A DNA stretch of 64,000 nt from assembly GCA_964510455.1 (NCBI GenBank), contig CAZECO010000002.1, positions 2,743-66,742 on the forward strand. The letters are read 5' to 3'. Of the stretch, positions 37,738 to 46,832 are shown one piece after another. The stretch comes from an uncultured Actinomycetes bacterium. Its GTDB lineage: Bacteria > Actinomycetota > Actinomycetes > S36-B12 > GCA-2699445. The translations under genes and the position numbers were made by a program. The notes below the pieces were generated by a model, which had not been told where the DNA came from, searched no databases, and saw nothing but the letters and a program-made list of their open reading frames with translations. Numbering within the stretch: the stretch's first letter is position 1; each line of letters begins with the position of its first letter.

Positions 37738-39389
37738 GCGCCATCGCCGCGGCCGACGCCGCGACCACAACGGGCACCGTCGCCGGCAGCCCCTGGCTCA
37801 ACATGGCGATCTTCATCGCCTTCGTGGCCGGGACCATGATCATCGTCATCCGGGCGTCGAAGTCCAACAAGAGCGCCGCCGACTACTACACCGGCGGCCG
37901 CTCGTTCACCGGCGGCCAGAACGGCACCGCGATCGCCGGGGACTACCTCTCCGCCGCGAGCTTCCTCGGCATCACCGGCGCCATCGCGCTGACCGGCTTC
38001 GACGGCTTCCTGTACTCCATCGGCTTCCTGGTGGCGTGGCTGGTCGCGCTGCTGCTCGTCGCCGAACTGCTGCGCAACACCGGCAAGTTCACGATGGCCG
38101 ACGTGCTGGCCTTCCGGATGAGGCAGCGGCCGGTCCGCACGGCAGCTGCCATCTCGACGCTGGCGGTCAGCTTCTTCTACCTGCTGGCCCAGATGGCCGG
38201 CGCCGGCGGCCTGGTCAGCCTGCTGATGGGCGTGACCGGCAACGTGGGGCAGTCGATCACCATCGCCGTCGTCGGCGTGCTGATGATCGTCTACGTCCTG
38301 GTGGGCGGCATGAAGGGCACGACGTGGGTCCAGATCATCAAGGCCGTCCTGCTCATCGCGGGCGCCGGCCTGATGAGCGCGTGGGTCCTGAGCAAGTACG
38401 GCTTCAGCTTGTCGGCCGTGATGGGCGCGGCGGCGGACAACAGCCCGCTGGGCGAGGAGATGCTGCAGCCGGGGGCCAAGTACGGGGCCACGACCCTGAC
38501 GAAGGTCGACTTCATCTCGCTGTCGATGGCGCTGGTGCTCGGCACCGCCGGCCTGCCGCACGTGCTGATGCGGTTCTACACCGTCCCCACCTCCAAGGAT
38601 GCGCGCAAGTCGGTGGTGTGGGCGATCAGCCTGATCGGACTGTTCTACCTGTTCAGCCTGGTGCTCGGCTTCGGCGCCGCCGCACTGGTCGGGCCGGAGA
38701 CCATCATGAGCGCTCCCGGTGCCGCGAACTCCGCCGCTCCGCTGCTGGCCTACGAGCTCGGCGGCACGCTCCTGCTGGGCTTCATCTCCGCCGTCGCGTT
38801 CGCCACGATCCTCGCGGTCGTCGCCGGGCTGACGATCACCGCAAGCGCCTCCTTCGCCCACGACGTGTACGCCAACGTCATCAAGAAGGGGGAGCTGGCC
38901 GCCGACAAGGAGGTCCGGGTCGCACGGATGGCCGCCGTGGTCATCGGTGTGGTCGCCATCTTCGGCGGCATCCTGGCCAAGGACCAGAACATCGCGTTCC
39001 TGGTGGCGCTGGCGTTCGCCGTGGCGGCGTCGGCCAACCTGCCGACCATCCTGTACTCGCTGTTCTGGAGGGGCTTCACCACCCGCGGCGCGGTGTGGAG
39101 CATCTACGGCGGACTGATCACCGCAGTGACGCTGATCGTCTTCTCGCCGGTCGTGTCCGGGAAGCCGATCAACGAGGTCACCGGCAAGAGCGCCTCGATG
39201 GTGCAGGGGCTCGACTTCCACTGGTTCCCGCTGGACAACCCGGCGCTGATCTCCATCCCGGTCGCGTTCTTCCTCGGCTGGCTCGGCAGCGTCACCGACA
39301 AGGAGAAGCCCAACCGGATGAAGTACGCCGAGATGGAGGTCCGCTCGCTGACCGGCGCGGGCGCCGAGAAGTCGGTCGCCGTGCACTGA
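37734..39389 (+). CDS. actP: Cation/acetate symporter (SSS family)
   Basis: 551-aa polytopic protein. Reads GGRSFTGGQNGTAIAGDYLSAASFLGI...GLPHVLMRFYT. Sits in the canonical yjcH-actP-acs context. Confidence 0.9.
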   Translation: MSAIAAADAATTTGTVAGSPWLNMAIFIAFVAGTMIIVIRASKSNKSAADYYTGGRSFTGGQNGTAIAGDYLSAASFLGITGAIALTGFDGFLYSIGFLVAWLVALLLVAELLRNTGKFTMADVLAFRMRQRPVRTAAAISTLAVSFFYLLAQMAGAGGLVSLLMGVTGNVGQSITIAVVGVLMIVYVLVGGMKGTTWVQIIKAVLLIAGAGLMSAWVLSKYGFSLSAVMGAAADNSPLGEEMLQPGAKYGATTLTKVDFISLSMALVLGTAGLPHVLMRFYTVPTSKDARKSVVWAISLIGLFYLFSLVLGFGAAALVGPETIMSAPGAANSAAPLLAYELGGTLLLGFISAVAFATILAVVAGLTITASASFAHDVYANVIKKGELAADKEVRVARMAAVVIGVVAIFGGILAKDQNIAFLVALAFAVAASANLPTILYSLFWRGFTTRGAVWSIYGGLITAVTLIVFSPVVSGKPINEVTGKSASMVQGLDFHWFPLDNPALISIPVAFFLGWLGSVTDKEKPNRMKYAEMEVRSLTGAGAEKSVAVH

Positions 39390-39502
39390 CCGCGCACCAC
39401 CCCAGGTTCGGGCCCGCCCGAACACCCCCCACAGACTGCCCGGGCGCCGGTACCCCCCCCGACCAGGCGCCCGGGCATCCAACCCAAGGAATGAGGCCCA
39501 CC

Positions 39503-41461
39503 ATGACACTGACCGCCCAAGCCCCCGCCCTCGACAGCGCGTCGGAGCGCAGCTTCCCGCCCCCCGCCGAGCTTGCCGCGTCGGCGAATGTGAATGCCTC
39601 CGCCCAGGCGAGCGCAGAGGCCGACCGATTGGCCTTCTGGGCCGCCGCCGCAGGGCGCCTGGAGTGGGACACCCCCTGGACCGACGTCCTGGACTGGTCG
39701 CAGGCGCCGTTCGCCAAGTGGTTCGTCGGCGGACGGCTCAACGTGAGCGTCAACTGCGTCGACCGCCACGTCGCCGCCGGCAACGGCGGCAGGGCCGCGA
39801 TCCTGTTCGAAGGCGCGGACGGGACTGCCGACACCATCTCCTACGCCGACCTTCTCGTCCGCGTGTCGAAGGCAGCCAACGCCCTGTCCGGCCTCGGTGT
39901 CGGTCCCGGCGACCGCGTCGCGCTGTACATGCCGATGGTCCCCGAGACCCTCGTCGCGATGCTGGCCTGCGCCCGGCTCGGCGCGGTCCACTCGGTGGTG
40001 TTCGCCGGGTTCTCCGCCGAAGCGCTGCGGTCGCGGATCACCGACGCGCAGGCGAAGGTGGTCATCACCGCCGACGGGCAGTACCGCCGGGGTTCCACGC
40101 AGCCGTTGAAGCACGCCGTCGACGACGCCGTGGTGGACTGCCCCAGCGTGCAGCGGGTCCTGGTCGTCAGGCGCACCGGCGACGCCGTCGCCTGGCACGA
40201 CCACGACGTGTGGTGGCACGACGCGGTCGACTCGGCCCCCGATCACCACGATCCGCAGGCCTTCGACAGCGAGCACCCGCTGTTCGTGCTGTACACCTCC
40301 GGCACCACCGGAAAGCCCAAGGGCATCCTGCACACGACCGGCGGCTACCTGACGCAGGCCACATGGACGCACCACGCCGTCTTCGACATCCGGCCGGAGT
40401 CCGACGTCTACTGGTGCACCGCCGACATCGGGTGGATCACCGGCCACACCTACGCGCTGTACGCCCCCCTGGCGAACGGCGCGACGATGGTGCTCTACGA
40501 GGGCACCCCGGACACGCCCCACAAGGGCCGCTGGTGGGAGATCGTCGAGAAGTACGGCGTCACGATCCTGTACACGGCACCGACCGCGATCCGGACGTTC
40601 ATGAAGTGGGGCGCGGCGCTCCCCGCCCAGTACGACCTGTCGTCCCTTCGCATCCTCGGATCGGCGGGAGAGCCGATCAACCCCGAGGCTTGGCTGTGGT
40701 ACCGCAGCGTCATCGGCGGCGGGCGGTGCCCCATCGTCGACACGTGGTGGCAGACCGAGACCGGGGCGATCATGATCAGCCCCTTGCCGGGCGTGACCTC
40801 CTGCAAGCCCGGCTCGGCGATGCGGCCGGTTCCCGGGATCTCCGCCGCCGTGGTGGACGACGCGGGCGTCCCGGTCGACCCGGGCAGCGGCGGCGGCTAC
40901 CTGACGCTGACGCAGCCCTGGCCGGCCATGCTGCGCGGGATCTGGGGCGACCCGCAGCGCTACATCAAGACGTACTGGTCCCGGTTCCCGGGCAGCTACT
41001 TCGCCGGCGACGGCGCGAAGCTCGACTCCGACGAGGCCATCTGGCTGCTCGGCCGGGTCGATGACGTGATGAACGTGTCCGGCCATCGGATCTCCACCAC
41101 CGAGGTGGAGTCGGCGCTGGTGTCGCACCCGGCCGTGGCCGAGGCGGCCGTGGTCGGCGCCACCGACACGACGACCGGCCAGGGCATCGTCGCGTTCGTG
41201 ATCCTGCGCGCCGACGCGACCGCCGGCGGCGACGACCTGCCGGAGCAGCTGCGCGCGCACGTGGCCAGGGAGATCGGCCCGATCGCGAAGCCCCGACAGA
41301 TCCTCGTGGTCAAGGAACTCCCCAAGACACGCAGCGGAAAGATCATGCGGCGCCTGCTGCGGGATATCGCCGAACAGCGCGAGGTCGGCGACACCACGAC
41401 GCTGGCCGACGCCGGGGTCATGGCGCAGATCCAGCAGGGTCTGGGCACGCCCGCCGGGTAG
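39503..41461 (+). CDS. acs: Acetyl-CoA synthetase
   Basis: 652 aa. Carries the AMP-binding motif YTSGTTGKPKG and WWQTETG...SGHRISTTEVESAL...PKTRSGKIMRR. An alternative ATG at 39491 is in frame. Confidence 0.95.
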   Translation: MTLTAQAPALDSASERSFPPPAELAASANVNASAQASAEADRLAFWAAAAGRLEWDTPWTDVLDWSQAPFAKWFVGGRLNVSVNCVDRHVAAGNGGRAAILFEGADGTADTISYADLLVRVSKAANALSGLGVGPGDRVALYMPMVPETLVAMLACARLGAVHSVVFAGFSAEALRSRITDAQAKVVITADGQYRRGSTQPLKHAVDDAVVDCPSVQRVLVVRRTGDAVAWHDHDVWWHDAVDSAPDHHDPQAFDSEHPLFVLYTSGTTGKPKGILHTTGGYLTQATWTHHAVFDIRPESDVYWCTADIGWITGHTYALYAPLANGATMVLYEGTPDTPHKGRWWEIVEKYGVTILYTAPTAIRTFMKWGAALPAQYDLSSLRILGSAGEPINPEAWLWYRSVIGGGRCPIVDTWWQTETGAIMISPLPGVTSCKPGSAMRPVPGISAAVVDDAGVPVDPGSGGGYLTLTQPWPAMLRGIWGDPQRYIKTYWSRFPGSYFAGDGAKLDSDEAIWLLGRVDDVMNVSGHRISTTEVESALVSHPAVAEAAVVGATDTTTGQGIVAFVILRADATAGGDDLPEQLRAHVAREIGPIAKPRQILVVKELPKTRSGKIMRRLLRDIAEQREVGDTTTLADAGVMAQIQQGLGTPAG

Positions 41462-41711
41462 GACGTGCATGACCGCAGGCGATCGGGCAGCCCGCTGCGA
41501 CGTCCCGGCCCTTCGGAATCCGGCGGGAGTCCTGGGACGGGTGCGCAGGCCGGCTGGTGGCGTGCCGGCGCGGGTCGGGCGCTCGGGTTCTGCCCGCACG
41601 CTGCGGATCCCAGGTTCAGCGGCGGCTGCACAACGGCGGGGATGCCGCGCGGGGATGGGTCGCTGGCCGCTGTTCCTCCCCGGCGGGGCGCCAGCAGGCA
41701 CCGGCTGCCTG

Positions 41712-41796
41712 TTTGCACCCGTGGGTGGGCGGATCGTCTCCGTGCTTGCACCCGGTGGGGGCTTTGCATCCGTGGCGGGAGCGGATCGCGCGCGAC
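41712..41796. repeat. Two 34-bp TTTGCAYCCGT...GCGGATCG...units plus an intervening CTTGCACCCGG core
   Basis: 41763-41796 matches 24376-24409 at 29/34 positions by hand. 41712-41745 is a third copy with a 1-nt indel. Confidence 0.75.
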
Positions 41797-41903
41797 CCCC
41801 GCCGCGGCACAGATGCGGGAGGGTGCCCCGAAGTGCATCCGGGTGCCCGCCAGGCCGAGCGGCACCGCCACGCCTGCCGACCGGCATCGGATACGGTCGG
41901 CTG

Positions 41904-43073
41904 GTGACGTCGTGGCTGCTCGCCCTGGCCGCCATCTCCGCTGCCGTCGCGGCCGGCATCGTCATCGCCGTGGTGGTGCAGCGGCGCTCCAGCATGGCCA
42001 GCCCGGGCGACATCGCCACCTACCGGACGCTGCACCTGGCGAGCCTCGCCGCGCCGTCGCTGCGGGGCGGGCTGACGACCGCCTCGGCGCAGCGCAGCGT
42101 CAAGAACCTCAAGAGCCTGCTGGGGGTCGAGGCGCTGGCCATCACCGACCGCTTCGCGACCATCGCGTGGGACGGGGTCGGCGAACGGCACCGCGAACTC
42201 GCGGCCGAACACGCCCGCTCAGCACTCGACTCCGGCTCCTCGGTCGTGCTCCCGGTGGCCGACGCCAGGAGGGTCTCGGAGATCCTGCGCTCCGCGGTGG
42301 CAGCACCGCTGACCTCCGACGAGGTCGTCATCGGCGCGCTGGTCGCCTACTCCAGCCACCAGCCCGGGCCCGCGTTCGTGCGGGCGGTCGAGGAGGTCGC
42401 GGCGTTCGCCTCGGGCCAGCTGGACCTGGCCGAGCTGGACCGGACCCGCGCGCGCACCGCCGAAGCCGAGGTCCGGGTCCTGCGCGCACAGATCTCCCCG
42501 CACTTCATCTACAACTCCCTGACCGCGATCGCCTCCTTCGTCCGCACCGATCCCGACCGCGCCCGCGACCTGCTGCTCGACTTCGCCGAATTCACCCGCT
42601 ACAGCTTCCGCTCGCACGGGCGCTACACGACCCTGGCCGAGGAGCTGCACTCCATCGAGCAGTACCTGCTGCTGGAGCAGGCGCGCTTCGGCGACCGGCT
42701 GCAGGTGAAGCTGCGCGTCGATCCGGAGATCCTGGGGGTGCGGATCCCGTTCCTGTGCATCCAGCCGCTGGTGGAGAACGCCGTGCGGCACGGGCTGGAG
42801 GGGCGCGAAGGTCCCGGGCTGATCTCCCTGGCCGCCCTCGACCGGGGCGCGGAATGCTGGATCAGCGTCGAGGACGACGGTGTGGGCAACGACCCGGCGG
42901 TGATCCGGCGCAGCCTGTCCGGCGAGCCCGGCGACCACGTCGGGCTCGCCAACGTCGATGAGCGGCTGCGAACCGCCTTCGGCGACGACCACGGACTGGT
43001 CGTGGAGACCGCGCCGATGGCAGGCACCAAGGTCAGCATGCGGATCCCCAAGTACGCCGAGGCGGTGAGCTGA
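41904..43073 (+). CDS. LytS/YehU-type sensor histidine kinase (single N-terminal TM)
   Basis: About 389 aa from the GTG at 41904. Has the His_kinase motif QISPHFIYNSLTAI and the HATPase motifs PLVENAVRHG...DDGVG. The start is uncertain. Confidence 0.8.
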   Translation: MTSWLLALAAISAAVAAGIVIAVVVQRRSSMASPGDIATYRTLHLASLAAPSLRGGLTTASAQRSVKNLKSLLGVEALAITDRFATIAWDGVGERHRELAAEHARSALDSGSSVVLPVADARRVSEILRSAVAAPLTSDEVVIGALVAYSSHQPGPAFVRAVEEVAAFASGQLDLAELDRTRARTAEAEVRVLRAQISPHFIYNSLTAIASFVRTDPDRARDLLLDFAEFTRYSFRSHGRYTTLAEELHSIEQYLLLEQARFGDRLQVKLRVDPEILGVRIPFLCIQPLVENAVRHGLEGREGPGLISLAALDRGAECWISVEDDGVGNDPAVIRRSLSGEPGDHVGLANVDERLRTAFGDDHGLVVETAPMAGTKVSMRIPKYAEAVS

Positions 43074-43074
43074 G

Positions 43075-43818
43075 GTGGCCGGACTGCGGCTGCTCGCCGT
43101 CGACGACGAACTGCCCGCCCTCAATGAGCTGGCGTTCCTGCTGTCCCGCGCCGAGGGAGTCGACCAGGTGACGACCGCCGGCTCGGCTGCTGCAGCGCTG
43201 GAGGCCCTGCAACAGTCCGACTTCGACGCCGTGTTCCTGGACATCCGGATGCCCGGCATCACCGGACTCGGACTGGCGAAGATCCTCGCCCGGTTCGCCA
43301 GCCCGCCGGCGATCGTCTTCGTCACCGCCCACGACACCCACGCGGTGGACGCGTTCGAGCTGGAGGCGGTCGACTACCTGCTGAAGCCGATCCGCGCGGA
43401 ACGGATCGAGCAGGCGCTGCACCGCGTCCGGCGGGCGATCGCGGGCCCCGCCCAGCGCACCCCGGAGCCGGAATCGGCCGACGAGACCATCGCCGTCGAG
43501 CTCGGCAGCGTCACCCGGTATGTGAAGCGCTCCGACGTCGTCTACGTCGAGGCTCAGCGCGACTACGTCCGGCTGCACACGCGCTCGGCGAGCCACCTCG
43601 TCCGCACGCCGCTGGCGGCGCTCGAGGAGCGCTGGGTGGACGCCGGGTTCCTCCGGGTGCATCGGCGGTTCCTGGTCAACGCCAGGTTCGTCGAGGGGCT
43701 GCGCAGCACCGCAGGCCACCTCAGCGTCGACCTCGGCGGCCAGCAGGCGGTGCCGGTCAGCAGGCGCTTCGGGGCCAGCGTCAAGGAGGCGCTCGGCGGG
43801 CGGGGCTCGGATGGCTGA
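43075..43818 (+). CDS. LytR/AlgR (LytTR) family response regulator
   Basis: 247 aa. The receiver domain reads LLAVDDE...FLDIRMPG...YLLKP. The LytTR C-terminus reads YVEAQRDYVRLHT...RVHRRFLVN. Confidence 0.9.
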   Translation: MAGLRLLAVDDELPALNELAFLLSRAEGVDQVTTAGSAAAALEALQQSDFDAVFLDIRMPGITGLGLAKILARFASPPAIVFVTAHDTHAVDAFELEAVDYLLKPIRAERIEQALHRVRRAIAGPAQRTPEPESADETIAVELGSVTRYVKRSDVVYVEAQRDYVRLHTRSASHLVRTPLAALEERWVDAGFLRVHRRFLVNARFVEGLRSTAGHLSVDLGGQQAVPVSRRFGASVKEALGGRGSDG

Positions 43819-44185
43819 GCAGCCGCCCAGGCGGGAGGTCGTCACCGGTCCCCGGCGGGACGTGCGCCGCGCGCCGCGCCGCTCGGCGACCGACGACATC
43901 GATCAGCAGACGCAGCTCGGTGCGATCTACCTGCGCTCCCTGATGCGCACGCAACTGCTGCTCGGGACTGCCACGGTGGCCCTCGTCGTGGTGCCGCTGG
44001 CGCTGCTGCCCCTGGTGTTCGCCATCTGGCCCGCGCTGTCCGACCTGCAGGTCGGACCGCTGCCGCTGTGGTGGTTCGTGCTCGGGCTGCTGGTGTACCC
44101 CGCGATCCTGGCGGTCGGTTGGTGGTACGTAGGTCATGCGGATGCCAACGAGGAGCAGTTCGCCGATCTGGTGGAGGGGCGGTGA
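43811..44185 (+). CDS. Small two-TM membrane protein (DUF485-like) preceding the symporter
   Basis: 124 aa. Overlaps the regulator stop, and its own stop overlaps the symporter GTG. Confidence 0.65.
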   Translation: MAEQPPRREVVTGPRRDVRRAPRRSATDDIDQQTQLGAIYLRSLMRTQLLLGTATVALVVVPLALLPLVFAIWPALSDLQVGPLPLWWFVLGLLVYPAILAVGWWYVGHADANEEQFADLVEGR

Positions 44186-45927
44186 ACGCGCAGGCCGCCG
44201 CATTCGGGATGACACTGACGGCCGCGGTCACGATCGCCCTGGCCATCTACTCCTCCCGTCGGGCCCGGACCACCGGCGACTTCTACGTCGCATCGCGCAG
44301 CGTCCCGGCCTGGTGGAACGCCTCGGCGATCTCGGGGGAGTACCTGTCGGCGGCGTCGTTCCTGGGCGTTGCGGGCCTGATCCTGGCCGGGGGCGCCGAT
44401 GCCGTGTGGTTCCCGGTCGGCTACGCGGTGGGCTACGTGCTGCTGCTGGCGCTGGTCGCCGCACCCCTGCGCCGGTCTGGCGCCTACACCCTGCCGGACT
44501 TCTGCGAGGCGCGGCTGCGTTCGGCACGGGTCCGGTTGGCGGCCAGCGTCCTGGTCGTGCTCATCGGTTGGCTGTACGTGGTGCCGCAGCTCCAAGGCGC
44601 CGGGCTGGCCATGCGGACGCTGCTGGGCACCCCCGCGTGGCTGGGCGGCGTCCTGGTCGCACTCACCGTGCTGGCGGTGATCGTGGGCGGCGGGATGCGC
44701 AGCGTGACGATGGTGCAGGGATTCCAGTACTGGCTGAAGCTCGTGGCGATCATGGTGCCGGTGCTGTTCCTGCTGGCCGCCTGGCGCGGCGACGGGGCCC
44801 CGAGCGCGCTCGGGCCGGCGCCCCCGCAGTTCGCGGTGGCCACCACCGTGCGGTTCGACGAGACGGTGACGGTCGACGTCGTTGCGCCGGTGACGCTCGA
44901 GGCCCAGGGGTCCGTCGACGGCGTCCCGGTCGACGGCGACGTGCCGCTCGGCGCCGGCGAGCATGTGATCGCCGCGGGCACGACGGCGACGTTCCCGGCG
45001 GGGGCGGCCGTGCCCCACGCCGAGCGCACCCCGGCGATGACCGGCGAGTCGTGGGGCAGGCCGCTGCATGGCGGCGCGGAACACCCGCTGTACCGCACCT
45101 ACGCCCTGATGATCGCGCTGTTCCTCGGCACGATGGGCCTGCCGCACATCCTGGTCCGCTTCTACACCAACCCCGATGGTCGGGCCGCGCGCCGCACCGC
45201 GCTGGGCGTCATCGGACTCGTCGGCCTGTTCTACCTGCTGCCGTCGGTGTACGGGATGCTCGGCCGCCTCTACACCCCCGAACTGCTCATGACGGGACAG
45301 ACCGACGCGGTCGTGCTGCTGCTGCCGCAGTCGCTGATCGGCGGAGCGGCCGGGTCCGCGCTGACGGGGCTGGTCGCCGCAGGCGCCGCAGCGGCCTTCC
45401 TGGCGACCGCGACCGGGCTGACGGTGACCGTCGCGGGCGTGCTGAGCCAGGACGTGGTCAGCCGCCGGGTCGGCAACCCCATCACGTCGTTTCGGATCGC
45501 AGCGGTCGCGGCGGTGGTCGTCCCGCTGTTCCTGGGGGTGCTGGCGACGTCCCTGCCGCTGGCGCAGAGCGTCGCGCTGGCGTTCACCGTGGCGGCCTCG
45601 ACGTTCTGCCCCCTGCTGCTGCTGGGCATCTGGTGGCCGCGGCTGACCGACGCCGGGGCGGCCTCCGGCCTCGCAGTGGGCGGCGTGCTCGCCGTGGGCG
45701 CGATCCTCGCCTCCACCGTGCTGCCGGATCTGGGCGGGTGGCCGGCGGCGCTGCTGTCCCAGCCGGCGGCGTGGGCGATGCCGCTGGCACTGGCGACGAT
45801 GGTCGGCGTCTCGCTGCGCACGCAGTCCCGGCTGCGCAGCGACGTCAGCCGGATCATGATCCGCCTGCACACCCCGGAGTCCGTCGCCGTCCGCCGGACC
45901 TGGAGCGCACGAGGGGGGCGGCGGTGA
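44182..45927 (+). CDS. Sodium:solute symporter family transporter (monocarboxylate/acetate-type)
   Basis: 581 aa from the GTG at 44182. Reads ASRSVPAWWNASAISGEYLSAASFLGVAG...GLPHILVRFYT. Confidence 0.85.
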   Translation: MNAQAAAFGMTLTAAVTIALAIYSSRRARTTGDFYVASRSVPAWWNASAISGEYLSAASFLGVAGLILAGGADAVWFPVGYAVGYVLLLALVAAPLRRSGAYTLPDFCEARLRSARVRLAASVLVVLIGWLYVVPQLQGAGLAMRTLLGTPAWLGGVLVALTVLAVIVGGGMRSVTMVQGFQYWLKLVAIMVPVLFLLAAWRGDGAPSALGPAPPQFAVATTVRFDETVTVDVVAPVTLEAQGSVDGVPVDGDVPLGAGEHVIAAGTTATFPAGAAVPHAERTPAMTGESWGRPLHGGAEHPLYRTYALMIALFLGTMGLPHILVRFYTNPDGRAARRTALGVIGLVGLFYLLPSVYGMLGRLYTPELLMTGQTDAVVLLLPQSLIGGAAGSALTGLVAAGAAAAFLATATGLTVTVAGVLSQDVVSRRVGNPITSFRIAAVAAVVVPLFLGVLATSLPLAQSVALAFTVAASTFCPLLLLGIWWPRLTDAGAASGLAVGGVLAVGAILASTVLPDLGGWPAALLSQPAAWAMPLALATMVGVSLRTQSRLRSDVSRIMIRLHTPESVAVRRTWSARGGRR

Positions 45928-46832
45928 GCGAGCTGATCGAACGGGCGCGGACCGCCGGGGATGGGCAGGTGCTGTCCGACGCGGCCGACGAGCGGACCCG
46001 CGAGCTGATCGACGGATTCGTCCACCAGGCGGGCCCCCCTCCGGCAGCGTTCTGCTGGGTCGCGCTGGGGTCGCACGCCCGCCGCGAGCTGCACTGCGCC
46101 AGCGACCAGGACCATGCCCTGGTCTGGGAGACCGGCCGCGCGGCGTCGGGCAGCTACGCCGCCGACCTGGCCGGCACCGTCATCGGCGGGCTGGAGTCGT
46201 TCGGCATGCGCCGCTGCTCCGGCGGGTACATGGCCGACCGATGGTCGCACTCGCTGGCGCAGTGGGTATCGGTCCTGCGCGGCTACCTCGAGGCGCCGAC
46301 CCCGCAGGCCGTGCTCGACGCGGACATCTTCCTCGACATCCGGGCCCTCGGCGGCGGCCTGGGCATCGACCCGGCCGAGGCCGTGCTGCGCGCCGGGGCC
46401 GACTCCGATCGGCTGCTGCACGGACTGGCCACGAACGCGAACTCGTTCGGCGCGGGCCTGGGCGCCTTCGGCAGGCTCCCCGATCGGCTCGACATCAAGA
46501 AGGGCGGGCTCGCGCCGCTGGTGATGCTCGCCCGGCTGTACGGCCTGCAGTCGGGGAGCCGCGCCGTCGGCACCGTGGGCAGGCTGCGTGACGCGGCTGG
46601 GCGAGGGGCACTCAGCCCGGACCTGTCCGACCGGTTGATCGACGCGTTCGCGGTGCTCAGCGACCTGCGGTTGCGGCACCAGCTGGCCCAGTGGGAGCAG
46701 GGGGAGCCGCTGTCCGACGTCATCGACACCACGGCGCTGCCCAGGACCGGACAGGCGGAGCTGCGCGAGGCGCTGCGCGCCGTGAAATCGGCCCAGTCCG
46801 TCACCGCCGTGACCTTCCGGACGGATCTGTAG
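45924..46832 (+). CDS. DUF294-type putative nucleotidyltransferase with substrate-binding domain
   Basis: 302 aa from the GTG at 45924 (GTGA overlap). Reads WVALGSHARRELHCASDQDHALVW, and later IKKGGLAPLV..ARLY. Confidence 0.75.
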   Translation: MSELIERARTAGDGQVLSDAADERTRELIDGFVHQAGPPPAAFCWVALGSHARRELHCASDQDHALVWETGRAASGSYAADLAGTVIGGLESFGMRRCSGGYMADRWSHSLAQWVSVLRGYLEAPTPQAVLDADIFLDIRALGGGLGIDPAEAVLRAGADSDRLLHGLATNANSFGAGLGAFGRLPDRLDIKKGGLAPLVMLARLYGLQSGSRAVGTVGRLRDAAGRGALSPDLSDRLIDAFAVLSDLRLRHQLAQWEQGEPLSDVIDTTALPRTGQAELREALRAVKSAQSVTAVTFRTDL

